A stretch of 64,000 nt of DNA from a virus (Duplodnaviria; Caudoviricetes), in IMG/VR virus record IMGVR_UViG_3300020577_013547, positions 313-64,312 of that record. The stretch is one strand, 5' to 3'. Shown here in pieces: positions 19,343 to 28,825 of the stretch (its first letter is position 1; the number at the start of each line of letters is the position of its first letter). A model generated the notes under the pieces. The model ran no database searches and had not been told where the DNA came from. It was given only the letters and a program-made list of their open reading frames with translations. The position numbers and the translations under genes are program-made.

Positions 19343-19612
19343 TTATACAAGATATATCGAGCCGGTATACTCTTGCAGGAGCTCGAGTACATCGTCCGGT
19401 GCATCCAGGGGTTGGACTTGTTGCGCGAGTGCGTCGACTTGCACCGGGTTGCCAAGCACGAAGTCGAGAGCAATGCCGCCTTGTTGGCGGAGCCACTCAG
19501 TATCCTCGATGCTGAGTTTCACTGGGTGCTGGTCGACGCCAAGGCCCATGATTACGTTGCCCTGTGCATCAGTCACAGTGGCTGGGATGTAGACGTCTTT
19601 GCCGAGGCTCAT
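19343..19612 (-). CDS. Small acidic protein, candidate immunity protein
   Basis: Overlaps stop of MuF-toxin gene. Confidence 0.45.
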   Translation of the reverse strand: MSLGKDVYIPATVTDAQGNVIMGLGVDQHPVKLSIEDTEWLRQQGGIALDFVLGNPVQVDALAQQVQPLDAPDDVLELLQEYTGSIYLV

Positions 19613-22600
19613 ACTTCCTCCAGATGGATTACTGTCTTCTTCGTCTGCTTGGACTGACCTGCAGAACTGACGTATGCGACGTTTGCGTTCTCGTCGATGT
19701 GCGTCACCTTGTACTTCGTATTCGGCTGGCCGAGGATCTCGGATTCAGTGCCGTAGTTGTGCACGCCTGCAATGGACTTTGCAGTCTTAGCTTTCACGAC
19801 GAGCACCACGCCGCCGCCACTGAACTCCAGCGACTTCCACGCATTTGGCGACATGCCGTGCGGTGCAGGATCGCTCCAGTGACCGCCTGCTGCCATGGCA
19901 GCCTTCGCTTCTGCCAGCACCTTCTGAGCATAGAATGTACTGTTCAAGCTTCGGAAGAGCGTGCCTTCGTGATCTGGCATCTTCATCATTGCACTAAGGA
20001 TGTTAGTTGCATCCTTGTTCAGCTTCGTGAAGTCGCCACGCGAAGCCGCGAAGGACTTTCGCATGTCTACAGGTGAGCCCTTCCAAGAACTGACAGCATC
20101 GCTCTCGCCTGGAGTGAGCATGGACTCCTTCATCTGTGCCGGCTTGCCGGAACTGATGAGCTTGATGTTGCCAGTGCCTGGGCCGTGATTGACTTCCGCG
20201 GCATGATCCTTGAACATCGGCTCCATGCCTTCCGTTGCATGGTTGCCAGACATGTTAGAGCCTGGCTTCTTTGCAGGCAGAGGCTTCTTGCTTACAAGCG
20301 ATGGCATCTGCCCAGGCTTCTTGAGCACCTTCTGCACGATCTTCTTGGTTGGGTGCGCTGCTTTGAAGGCAGCAACCTGGTGAGCCTTAAGCGACTTCGG
20401 AAGCACGATTGTAGATGCATTGGGATCCGGATTGTGTCCAAGCACCTTGCCGTATTGCACTGGCGTAAGGCCAGCTGCCTTTGCTGTAGCACCTAGGTGA
20501 TGGCCTGCCGCAAGTGAGGCTGCTGTGTGAGCAGGTGCCTTAGGCACTGGCGTTGGAACAGGCGGAAATACTTGCTTATAGTACAGATCGCCATCACTGC
20601 CGACAGGCACCTTAAGCTGCTGGATGAGCTGCTTAACCTTAGCACCGTGCGGACCTGCAGCTGCGATAATGGCATCTTCGTTCGCTTCGATGTGCTTCAC
20701 TTGCTTCTTGATATCCCCGTGCGTCAGCTCCTTGTATGGGTTGTTCGGGCCGCTGCCGCCGCCGAACTTGATCATGTTCTGCATGGTTGTGTGGATGTCA
20801 TCGCTCCACGGCTTCTTGGCAGTGCCAGTGGCATTGATGTTGAAGCTTCCGCCGAGGTCGATGTAGTGCACCCTGCCATGCGGATCTACCACAGCATTGT
20901 CGTTGTGCATGCCGAGTGCGTCCCAGTTGTTGAGCAAGGCATGCGCGACGAAGTGCGACTTCACTTGCTCTTTCACATCCGGCTCGTGCATCTTGCTTCC
21001 AACCGTAGGACCCTGGATCCAGGGTGACACTTTCGCACCGTTGATGAGCATGCTGTCCGGGACTGGCACGCCCATGGCCTGCATTGCCTTCGTTGCGAAG
21101 TGCTCGTTGAGGATTTGCTCCTTGTTGGCTCCGTCCTTGAGCGAGTACTTCTTGCCGTTGTGCTCGAAGCTCTTAGCACCCGTCGAGCCTTTGCCGATCG
21201 GCACAGCGCTGGACATCGAGCCTGCAATGTCTGCAGGGAATGTGTGCGAGGGTGCGGCAGGCGTGAGGTGAGCTTTTGCATCAGCGAGCGGCTTCACTGC
21301 ACCTGCTGCACCTTTGGGTGCCGCAACCTTGTGCAAGCCAGCCAGCGACTTCTTCTTGACCGTGAATCCAGGGAAAGCTGACTTCACTGCAGCCACCTGA
21401 GCTTCCGTCGCACTCAGTGGCAAGTGGATGTGCTTCGTCTTCTGGAAGTCTGGATTGCCATTCTGGATCTTGAGCAACTGGTCGTGCTTGAAGCCCATAC
21501 CGCTCATGGATGCTGCGGGACCAGTGTAGCCGTGTGCAGCGCCTTTACCTGCGCTGCACGTTGGATCTACGCCGCCGCCTTTGCCGGTTGAGCAGAAGAC
21601 GTTGCGCACCGAGTCCAGTGCATCCAGTGGACTGAACCGGAGTGCGTCCACAGCATCACGTGCTGTGTTGCTCGTGAGCTTCATTGCCACCTTGCTCGAC
21701 ACTGGCTTCTTGTCCACAACTGGCCTCCACGCACAGCGACAGTTTGGGTGTCTCGGCAACTTGCCACGCGCATCCTTGAGCTTGAACACCATGCCATCCA
21801 GATCTGCACAGAGCTTACACATGCCCTTGGTTGCAGTCCACTCGACGTTGACGCCTACCTCTTCCACTCCACTGGCTTCCATCTCATCCAGCTGCCCTTC
21901 AGAATGGGCACGCATGAGCTCCGTGCGGGCGATAGTGCGGGCCTTGTACTCTGCTACGTCGGCGAGCTTAACGAGCCGCTTTGCAACCACACTGGGATGC
22001 TCGCCAGCAACGAGGCCATCGGCCAACGCGCGTACAATCAAAGCTTGCTGCTTCGTGCTCTCAGCCTCGATGTTCGCAGTCGCTTGCTCAACGAGCCTCT
22101 TAAGCCTCTCGATGCTTACTTTGCCCTTGGCACCCTTCTTATATCCTCGCTCAATGTATGCTTGCCACAGCTTCTTTCCCGTGAGCCCCTTGAACTGCTG
22201 CTTCAGCCAGGACTCGAAGGAAGCATTCGTGGTTGGCTGCCGCGTGAGCAACCACTGTTCGTACTCGCCTTCTTGGCCTTTGATTCGCTCCTGCTTGACG
22301 GAGTAACCAATTGCACTGCCGAGTCGTTTGCTCAGCTTCGCATAAGCTTTGATGCGGCTCGGTTCGCCATCAGTTGCTGTAAACAAGATGCTCGCAGGCT
22401 TCTCTTCGCGAGCATAGTCTGCAATGAACTTGCCAACAGTTGTAAGGACTTTAACACTGGATGCTTTGTGATCCTTCTGCAGCTCCGAGTCCAGGCCGTG
22501 CCGATGCTCCAAGCCGAACTCTACGGACACGCCCGGAGTCCATGGATTCGTCTCAATCAGCGCTACGAACTTGCGCCCATCGACTTCAAAGCGTGCAGCA

Positions 22601-22773
22601 TGCGTCTTGATGCCATAGCTTTCATCTTTTGTGACGCTGAACGGTACTACGCTTGGCGAGCACGTTGCATCCACGCCGCCACCGGAACCAGTGGCGCAGA
22701 AGACGTTACTCGTCAGCTGGCTCAGCAGGCTCCCCTTCAGGCGGCTCGTCACCTTCAGGATCTGCTTGTCCAT
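19609..22773 (-). CDS. MuF (minor head) protein fused to HipA/PI3K-like kinase and ADP-ribosyltransferase domains
   Basis: MuF: ARTELMRAHSEG, CKLC...PRHPNCRC; kinase: YSLK..NEHFA..NWD..HNDN..IDLG; ART: LFRSL..GMS..ESEIL; start uncertain (overlaps portal end). Confidence 0.75.
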   Translation of the reverse strand: MDKQILKVTSRLKGSLLSQLTSNVFCATGSGGGVDATCSPSVVPFSVTKDESYGIKTHAARFEVDGRKFVALIETNPWTPGVSVEFGLEHRHGLDSELQKDHKASSVKVLTTVGKFIADYAREEKPASILFTATDGEPSRIKAYAKLSKRLGSAIGYSVKQERIKGQEGEYEQWLLTRQPTTNASFESWLKQQFKGLTGKKLWQAYIERGYKKGAKGKVSIERLKRLVEQATANIEAESTKQQALIVRALADGLVAGEHPSVVAKRLVKLADVAEYKARTIARTELMRAHSEGQLDEMEASGVEEVGVNVEWTATKGMCKLCADLDGMVFKLKDARGKLPRHPNCRCAWRPVVDKKPVSSKVAMKLTSNTARDAVDALRFSPLDALDSVRNVFCSTGKGGGVDPTCSAGKGAAHGYTGPAASMSGMGFKHDQLLKIQNGNPDFQKTKHIHLPLSATEAQVAAVKSAFPGFTVKKKSLAGLHKVAAPKGAAGAVKPLADAKAHLTPAAPSHTFPADIAGSMSSAVPIGKGSTGAKSFEHNGKKYSLKDGANKEQILNEHFATKAMQAMGVPVPDSMLINGAKVSPWIQGPTVGSKMHEPDVKEQVKSHFVAHALLNNWDALGMHNDNAVVDPHGRVHYIDLGGSFNINATGTAKKPWSDDIHTTMQNMIKFGGGSGPNNPYKELTHGDIKKQVKHIEANEDAIIAAAGPHGAKVKQLIQQLKVPVGSDGDLYYKQVFPPVPTPVPKAPAHTAASLAAGHHLGATAKAAGLTPVQYGKVLGHNPDPNASTIVLPKSLKAHQVAAFKAAHPTKKIVQKVLKKPGQMPSLVSKKPLPAKKPGSNMSGNHATEGMEPMFKDHAAEVNHGPGTGNIKLISSGKPAQMKESMLTPGESDAVSSWKGSPVDMRKSFAASRGDFTKLNKDATNILSAMMKMPDHEGTLFRSLNSTFYAQKVLAEAKAAMAAGGHWSDPAPHGMSPNAWKSLEFSGGGVVLVVKAKTAKSIAGVHNYGTESEILGQPNTKYKVTHIDENANVAYVSSAGQSKQTKKTVIHLEEV

Positions 22774-24349
22774 CCAGCGCCGCGGGGTCGTCAGCCCCGC
22801 CGGGTCCTGGCGGCTCAAGCATCGGCTCGTTGTCTTCCGCCGCGTCGATGATGGCATCAGCCACCTCCGGGTCCATGTCGAGGATGTGCACGAGGAACTG
22901 CTTGAACGGAAGCACCTGCTCAAGGCCACCAGTCACCCAGGTGGAGATTGCTGTCGTGAGAGTACTCGCAACCGTTGCCTTGGCCTGTGCGTTCAGAGCC
23001 TCGACGTCAGGCCACACGACGTGGTACGTTTCTGGTTCTGGTAGCACGCCTACAGCAATGAGTCGGTCGATGAACGGCACAATGATGCGAGTGGTGATGT
23101 ACCCGTTCTGGCGAGCTCGCTTGCGATCGTTCCACGCCTCGTCGTCCTGAGTGCTCGCCTGTTCGCCTCGCTCGCTGCCCATGAAGACGCGCTTCGGGAT
23201 GCCAAGCTTGATGCAGATGGCCTCAATCTGGATGTCCACATGGACGCGAGGGTCGGTTACCGAGCCGCCAACCGTCTTTGCAGACATGCCAGAGAGGTAG
23301 ATTTCCTTCTGCAACCCGGTGCGAACTTGCTCCATCATGTTGCGCAAGTCGCTCTTGTTAACTTGCACTTGGCCGCCGAGCTGCGGATTCGTCTCGATGC
23401 TGAGCCATGGGAACGGCATTCGCCAGTAACCTTCGCCACTGGCTCCGTACACCTTAGCCAACGAGTACAGGTTGTCGTAGATGCACTTCAGCCGAGGCGG
23501 GTTGAAGGACTCGTTTGCACCGCCTTGATGCCAATTGTCGCTGACGTGCAGCACTCGTGTCCAGTGTACGTACACGGAGCTGATCGGCAGGCCAATGCCT
23601 CCATGTACGTTGTCCTGATCGTTCAGCGTGATCAAGTACCGAATTGGCTGGCCGAATCGCGGCGAGTTAAGGTTGCTGTCGTACTCGACGACTTGCACCA
23701 TGGACTCTGGGAACACGCGAAGGTACAGTAGCTCCCTGGAACCAGGGGAAGTGGACTGCTGCGGTGCACTTTGGCCGACGTCGTAGTATTGCTCGTCCGT
23801 GCCACGCGGGTACTCACCCTTGTATTCTGGCCACTTCTTCGGCAACTCGTTTGTAACGAGTTGGTTGAGAGCTGGCTCTTTCATCTGCAGTGGCTGCCAC
23901 AGCGGCTCGTCGCCGGAGAAGCCGAAGAGCAAGAGGCCAAAGCTTCCAATGCCGCTCTGCTCATCGAGGCGCCGCAGGTAGTCGCCGACGATCTGCGCGG
24001 ACGACTGCTTGTTCCATGACTTGCCGCCAGCGAGGTTCTTGCCGAGGTTCTTGAATGCTTCCTCGAACTCGGTGTCGCTGTCTGCATCCTCGTCTTCCAC
24101 CACTTCGAACATCGCCTCGAAGCACTCGCGTGGGAACACCTCGACTGCCCGCGCCGCAATCGGATTGCGGTCGAACATCTGCTGGTACTGCTTGGGCGTG
24201 ATGTGTTCAGGGAAGCCACACTCCTTGCCGATGTCCGTGCGAGGGTCGGACATCTTTGCGAGCATGTCCCGGCGGAAGATGTATGCGTTGTTGAGCAGAT
24301 CTGCATCTACTCCCATCGCAACATTGTGGCTGAAGAATAGTTCGCTCAT
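22706..24349 (-). CDS. Portal protein (DUF1073-like)
   Basis: RNPIAARAVE, EQSGIGSFG, VHWTRVLH, IPKRVFMGSERG; follows TerL with ATGA overlap. Confidence 0.8.
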   Translation of the reverse strand: MSELFFSHNVAMGVDADLLNNAYIFRRDMLAKMSDPRTDIGKECGFPEHITPKQYQQMFDRNPIAARAVEVFPRECFEAMFEVVEDEDADSDTEFEEAFKNLGKNLAGGKSWNKQSSAQIVGDYLRRLDEQSGIGSFGLLLFGFSGDEPLWQPLQMKEPALNQLVTNELPKKWPEYKGEYPRGTDEQYYDVGQSAPQQSTSPGSRELLYLRVFPESMVQVVEYDSNLNSPRFGQPIRYLITLNDQDNVHGGIGLPISSVYVHWTRVLHVSDNWHQGGANESFNPPRLKCIYDNLYSLAKVYGASGEGYWRMPFPWLSIETNPQLGGQVQVNKSDLRNMMEQVRTGLQKEIYLSGMSAKTVGGSVTDPRVHVDIQIEAICIKLGIPKRVFMGSERGEQASTQDDEAWNDRKRARQNGYITTRIIVPFIDRLIAVGVLPEPETYHVVWPDVEALNAQAKATVASTLTTAISTWVTGGLEQVLPFKQFLVHILDMDPEVADAIIDAAEDNEPMLEPPGPGGADDPAALDGQADPEGDEPPEGEPAEPADE

Positions 24350-25890
24350 ATCGCTCCAACGAGGATCACGTCCTCGGACTGCCAAGCATGCACGCTCAGC
24401 ACCACAGCATCTAGCTCGTCTGGGCTACAGCCGAGCAGATCCATCAAGGACTCTTCCTTAGAGTCCTTCTTTGTCCTGCGCTTTGGCAACATGCGGAGGC
24501 GGTCCTCGCTGTCGAAGAGCTTCGGAATCTTCTCCATCTGGCGGCGAAGTTCAGTGTACTCTCGCGGTATCGCCCAGCCGCCAAGCGCAGGGTCCAACAG
24601 CACACTCAGCTCGCCATAGAGCTCTGCTCGCTTGTTGATGTACGAGTACTTCGTCTCCTGCATCGCCTCACGGTCAGTCGGGAAGTACTTCGCATACCGA
24701 GGTCGCAGCGTCGGCGACTCGCCGAAGCCGATGGACCGCACTGGTTTGCCTTGCAGTCGCATGCGGTCTGCATGTTGCTTGCCGCCACCGCCTCGGTCGA
24801 ATAGCACCTTGTGCCATGGGACATTGTGCTTGCGAGCAAAGTGATCAGCTTCTGCAGTGATCACGCTCGTGTCGGCTGTCTTCATGGACACGAGCTCAAT
24901 GAGGCCAAGTTCATCGCTCGCAGCCATCGTGGTGCTGTCGCCGCCTTCTGCACTGTCGATGCCGATGCCCTTAGCGAATCGGCGCTTTGCAACCAGGGAA
25001 TCGTACCGGCGCTCCGCCGCATCCAGCCATGCCATTGGATATAGCATGTTGGTTGCATCTTCGTAGAAGCGAGCATCGAGGCCGATGGACTGGCGACGAG
25101 CATTCCAGGTATCCCGCCGCTTCTGGTAATCCCCGTAGGTCAGCACGCCTGGAAGGATCACCGTGTTGCTCGGCTTGAGGCCTGCAGCAATCTCTGCGAG
25201 CGCATATCGCACATTCGGCGAATCCTGTCCACGGATGCGAAGCACCTTGCGATAGCATCGCGTCTTGTCGTCGCTCCACAGGTCGCCGTGCTTCTCCCAC
25301 TCCTTCACGCTTCGCTTGAAGTGGTTCTCGCAGTCGTATGCATTGCCGATGAAGAGCTTGCGGTCAGCCCACGTATCCGCTGCCTCCGTTGTCTTGTCGT
25401 CTACACTGGATGCTTCGTCGCTGACGAACAAGGTGCGCGGAATGCCATCGCCAGTCTTTGCAATGTGGTGGCCCAGCATGCCTTCGCCACGAGCGGCGAC
25501 ACGGCCACGAATGTACGACAGTCCGCATTCTCGTCCTCCGACGACCTTGCGAATGTGCATGTGGTTAACCATGAGTGGGCCTCCGCGCTCCACTTCAAGT
25601 GGGAACCTCGCATCTGCTATCTGGCGCCGCATCTCGCCCCAAAGCACGCTCTCCAGCTGCGTGTGATCAACGCTCGTCGTGATGATGCGGCATGGGTGCC
25701 TCGTCAGGAAGAACGAGAGTACAATCAAGCCGGCAATGTAGTCCTTTCCGAGCATGTTGCCAGCAACCACGATCGTCTCGTCATTGTAGACGCACGACTG
25801 TACAATCTCGCGTTGTTCCTTGTAGAGCTTCACGTTCGGCCACAGCCAGGCTATCAAACCCAGCGGGTTGTTGTGGAAGCGCGCCAACAT
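24346..25890 (-). CDS. Terminase large subunit
   Basis: AGNMLGKD Walker A, FVSDEAS Walker B, GIDSAEGGD nuclease, PDELDA. Confidence 0.85.
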   Translation of the reverse strand: MLARFHNNPLGLIAWLWPNVKLYKEQREIVQSCVYNDETIVVAGNMLGKDYIAGLIVLSFFLTRHPCRIITTSVDHTQLESVLWGEMRRQIADARFPLEVERGGPLMVNHMHIRKVVGGRECGLSYIRGRVAARGEGMLGHHIAKTGDGIPRTLFVSDEASSVDDKTTEAADTWADRKLFIGNAYDCENHFKRSVKEWEKHGDLWSDDKTRCYRKVLRIRGQDSPNVRYALAEIAAGLKPSNTVILPGVLTYGDYQKRRDTWNARRQSIGLDARFYEDATNMLYPMAWLDAAERRYDSLVAKRRFAKGIGIDSAEGGDSTTMAASDELGLIELVSMKTADTSVITAEADHFARKHNVPWHKVLFDRGGGGKQHADRMRLQGKPVRSIGFGESPTLRPRYAKYFPTDREAMQETKYSYINKRAELYGELSVLLDPALGGWAIPREYTELRRQMEKIPKLFDSEDRLRMLPKRRTKKDSKEESLMDLLGCSPDELDAVVLSVHAWQSEDVILVGAI

Positions 25891-26530
25891 TTGCGATTCT
25901 CAGCTCCAGAGGATCCTCTTGCGGTTGCTCGCCGACGATGCTGTCCCAGGGAACCAGGGAAGCACGGACGTCGTGCTTCTGCACGAGGGTGTAGCGAGCG
26001 GCGAGCGACATTGCAGCTGCCTTGCTGACAAACTTCACTGTGACGATCGTGCGGCCAGTCTTGGCCTCACGCTTGAGGTCAGCTCCCTCGATCAGTCGCT
26101 TGATGTTCTTCGGCAATGCATTGAACACCGCGAGGTCGCACACCCACTCTTCTGTCTCTGGGTCCACTGTGAAGTAGTCCGTAGGGCATACTTCCAGGAC
26201 ATCGTGGATATAGCTCCGCACATACTCAGCATTGAGGTCGCAGCGAGCCTCGACCTCTGCTATGGCTGTGCGGACAGTCTCGCTTACGATTGGTGTGTTC
26301 ACAAGTTGCCAGGAGCTCCGTACTTTGCTGGTGTATCCGGCTGCGAGCGCTGCCCGATGCCGGTCCAAGTCCACTGCGAACTCGGCTATGAAAGCTCGTT
26401 GCCTCGGCGTCAAGCCATTTGCTTCAGCTTCCTGCATTGCCACAAGGTGCAACAGCAACTCGTGACGGTCGCGCTTGCTCAGAGTCTCACTCTGTGCGAT
26501 AAGCTGCGTAAGGGTAGAGCTTTCGCTCAT
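25781..26530 (-). CDS. Terminase small subunit
   Basis: LTPRQRAFIAEFAVDLD...AALAAGY HTH motif. Confidence 0.8.
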   Translation of the reverse strand: MSESSTLTQLIAQSETLSKRDRHELLLHLVAMQEAEANGLTPRQRAFIAEFAVDLDRHRAALAAGYTSKVRSSWQLVNTPIVSETVRTAIAEVEARCDLNAEYVRSYIHDVLEVCPTDYFTVDPETEEWVCDLAVFNALPKNIKRLIEGADLKREAKTGRTIVTVKFVSKAAAMSLAARYTLVQKHDVRASLVPWDSIVGEQPQEDPLELRIANVGALPQQPAGFDSLAVAEREALQGTTRDCTVVRLQ

Positions 26531-26789
26531 CGTCGTAGCCTGCCTCGCTGAAAGTAATCGTTACGACGTACTTCACGTTTTCCTCGAGTCCAGACGTAAT
26601 GCTCGCATCGATCACAGCACTGTAGCACTCGTTCACAGAGTCCCAAGACATAGAGCCGCTGTCGAGCGTCGTGCCGGCAGCTGTCTTGAGCGTGTACGAG
26701 CATGTCCCTGCACCGAGCACAGTGCCAGAGACAGTCGTCTGAGCAGTGTACTGCAGGCGCTCGTCACAGCCTATGTGTAGCACGTCCAT
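26487..26789 (-). CDS. Hypothetical protein (Ig-like virion protein?)
   Basis: Beta-rich, T/S rich, in late operon. Confidence 0.45.
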   Translation of the reverse strand: MDVLHIGCDERLQYTAQTTVSGTVLGAGTCSYTLKTAAGTTLDSGSMSWDSVNECYSAVIDASITSGLEENVKYVVTITFSEAGYDDERKLYPYAAYRTE

Positions 26790-26791
26790 CG

Positions 26792-28276
26792 TCAGGTCCT
26801 TATGCTTAGGCTCGATTCCACCTGCGACGCAATGCTCAGCTGCAGCGACACTGTCGAAGTAACCAGTGGACTAATGCTTGCATACGACGTCACCGGGCCG
26901 CCAAGTGGGCCTGCACCTGTTACCACTGGAGCATAGCATGTCAGCGACAGCGATGCTGCACCTGGCGTGATGCCGTAGATCACGTGCAAATTGTAGCACG
27001 TTAAGCTGAGTATCTGCGTGCTAGGTGCTACAGTTTGTGGCAGCACGATGCTCGGAGCATAGCTGGCCGTCGCAAGGGACTGAGCTCCCGGCGTTGCAAG
27101 CCGTGGCGTAGATGCAGTGGGTGCATAGCGAGCTGTGGCAAGGGACTGCACTCCCGGCGCTGCTAGTCGCGGCGTAGAGGCAGTGGGAGCATAGCCGATC
27201 ATAGCGAGGGACTGCATGCCCGGCGTTGCAAGCCGCGGCGTAGAGGCAGTGGGAGCATAGCGAGCTGTGGCAAGGGACTGCACTCCCGGCGCTGCTAGTC
27301 GCGGCGTAGAGGCAGTGGGAGCATAGCCGATCATAGCGAGGGACTGCATGCCCGGCGTTGCAAGCCGCGGCGTAGAGGCAGTGGGAGCGTACCGCGTGAT
27401 GCTGAGCGACTGCACTGGCGGCGTTGCGAGCTTCGGTAGTGCAATGCTAGGCGCATAGCGAGCAGTAGTAAGTGCTGCAACGCCTGGCGTAGCAGTCTGC
27501 GGACTGGCAGTGAATGCGCCAAGGAATATCGTGCGAGGACGGTATCGATTCAGCGTTGTCGGGCAGCGATCCAGTTCTTCTCTGTAGAGGGCAAGACATT
27601 CACCTGCGAGCATTTCTCGGTTGTAGACTCGGAACGAACCGATCCCGCCGTTTGCTCCATACCCGTAGTACGAGTGGCCCATGTACCACGGGCATAGCTC
27701 GTTCGGACCGGCTCGACCGCCACTGTTAGCGACCTCAAACCCGTTAAGATACATCCGCACAGTCGCAGTCCCATTCCCAGCATTCGCAGTCCACGTTGCG
27801 AAGTACGGAGTGTATGCTGTAAGGTTTGGGCCAACGGCTTGCGTCAGTGCCCCGCCGTTGCCGTTGTAGATCAGTCCAGTCCCGTACCACCCCAAGTAGA
27901 AGATGTGGCCGTAGCTTGTGTGGATTCCGCCCATCACTACGTTGTAGGTGCTGACCTCTCTCGGCCAGATCCAACAACTACAGGTGAACCCAGTAGGGTC
28001 CAAGTCTGCAACATCTGCATCCGTCTTACCGGCTTGAGCAGGACTGACGCCGCCAAGAGAGTCGAATTCGGTCCATGGGTTGGCTGTATTCCACCACGCA
28101 ACAGGATTCACTGCCCCACTGACACCAGTGAGGGTCATGTTGTTAGCACCGCACAAGTCAAACAGAGTCCTGCCCCCTTTGTTATTTGGCATCCCCCTCC
28201 ACCAGTGAAGCAAGTCCCTGTTGAGGCTCGCGCCGCGGTTGACAGGATTCCCAAGATCCACAGGCAGAAGCATCAC
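26792..28276 (-). CDS. LamG-like jellyroll virion protein with 22-aa tandem repeats
   Basis: FTCSCWIWP, FATWT..MYLNG, FRVYNREM LamG pattern; repeats TPRLA(T/A)PG(M/V)QSLA...YAPTAS. Confidence 0.7.
   Translation of the reverse strand: MMLLPVDLGNPVNRGASLNRDLLHWWRGMPNNKGGRTLFDLCGANNMTLTGVSGAVNPVAWWNTANPWTEFDSLGGVSPAQAGKTDADVADLDPTGFTCSCWIWPREVSTYNVVMGGIHTSYGHIFYLGWYGTGLIYNGNGGALTQAVGPNLTAYTPYFATWTANAGNGTATVRMYLNGFEVANSGGRAGPNELCPWYMGHSYYGYGANGGIGSFRVYNREMLAGECLALYREELDRCPTTLNRYRPRTIFLGAFTASPQTATPGVAALTTARYAPSIALPKLATPPVQSLSITRYAPTASTPRLATPGMQSLAMIGYAPTASTPRLAAPGVQSLATARYAPTASTPRLATPGMQSLAMIGYAPTASTPRLAAPGVQSLATARYAPTASTPRLATPGAQSLATASYAPSIVLPQTVAPSTQILSLTCYNLHVIYGITPGAASLSLTCYAPVVTGAGPLGGPVTSYASISPLVTSTVSLQLSIASQVESSLSIRT
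27060..27490. repeat. 66-bp tandem repeat with 132-bp higher-order unit
   Basis: Near-exact alternating 66-bp units visible in DNA and protein. Confidence 0.85.
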
Positions 28277-28825
28277 TCACCCGTTCGTGGTATCTTGCGG
28301 TGCGTATGCGTAGGTGTGATTGCCTGCAGTTGCATGCAGGTTAACGCCAGTGTTGTGGGCGACGAAGATTGCCGTCTTCTTCGGGACGTACCCGCCGAAC
28401 AGCGAGGCCAGCGAGAATCGGAATGGATAGGCCACGTTGCTCGTTGTGGCGTCCACGTTGATCACGCATGCCAGCACGAGGAATCCCGATCTGACGCCAG
28501 CGGAAGTAACGGTCTCGGCCGAGGGCGTTCCGTCGAACACATCTGGCCACGTCGAGCCATCGTAAGAAGCAACGCAATAGACGCGAATCTGCGTGTTAAT
28601 AGTCGGCGTGGTTCCGACCATGATGTTACCTTGCACGAGGTAATCCAGTGCGAGCTCTGTCGTGTTGTCGATCACAAACCACTCGTAGCCGGCGAGGAAC
28701 GTCGAGGACGTGGCGAGCGAGGTCAACCCGCCTGTACCGCTGGTGGCAGTTGGGTAGACCACCTTGTTAGTGGTGAGCCACAAGCCTACAAGTGCCGCCG
28801 CAAGGGCAGTGCAAAGCAGAATCAT
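28277..28825 (-). CDS. Hypothetical virion protein
   Basis: T/S/G rich beta-type sequence in late operon. Confidence 0.5.
   Translation of the reverse strand: MILLCTALAAALVGLWLTTNKVVYPTATSGTGGLTSLATSSTFLAGYEWFVIDNTTELALDYLVQGNIMVGTTPTINTQIRVYCVASYDGSTWPDVFDGTPSAETVTSAGVRSGFLVLACVINVDATTSNVAYPFRFSLASLFGGYVPKKTAIFVAHNTGVNLHATAGNHTYAYAPQDTTNG

Noticed and set aside
22774-22929. Longer N terminus for the MuF ORF as given in the track
   Set aside because: Lies deep inside the portal gene and reads as low-complexity shadow; 22773 preferred, exact start unresolved
22706-24349. Anti-CBASS Acb1 (label often attached to DUF1073 proteins)
   Set aside because: Size and position between TerL and MuF indicate a portal; no separate HxT/HxT phosphoesterase domain recognised
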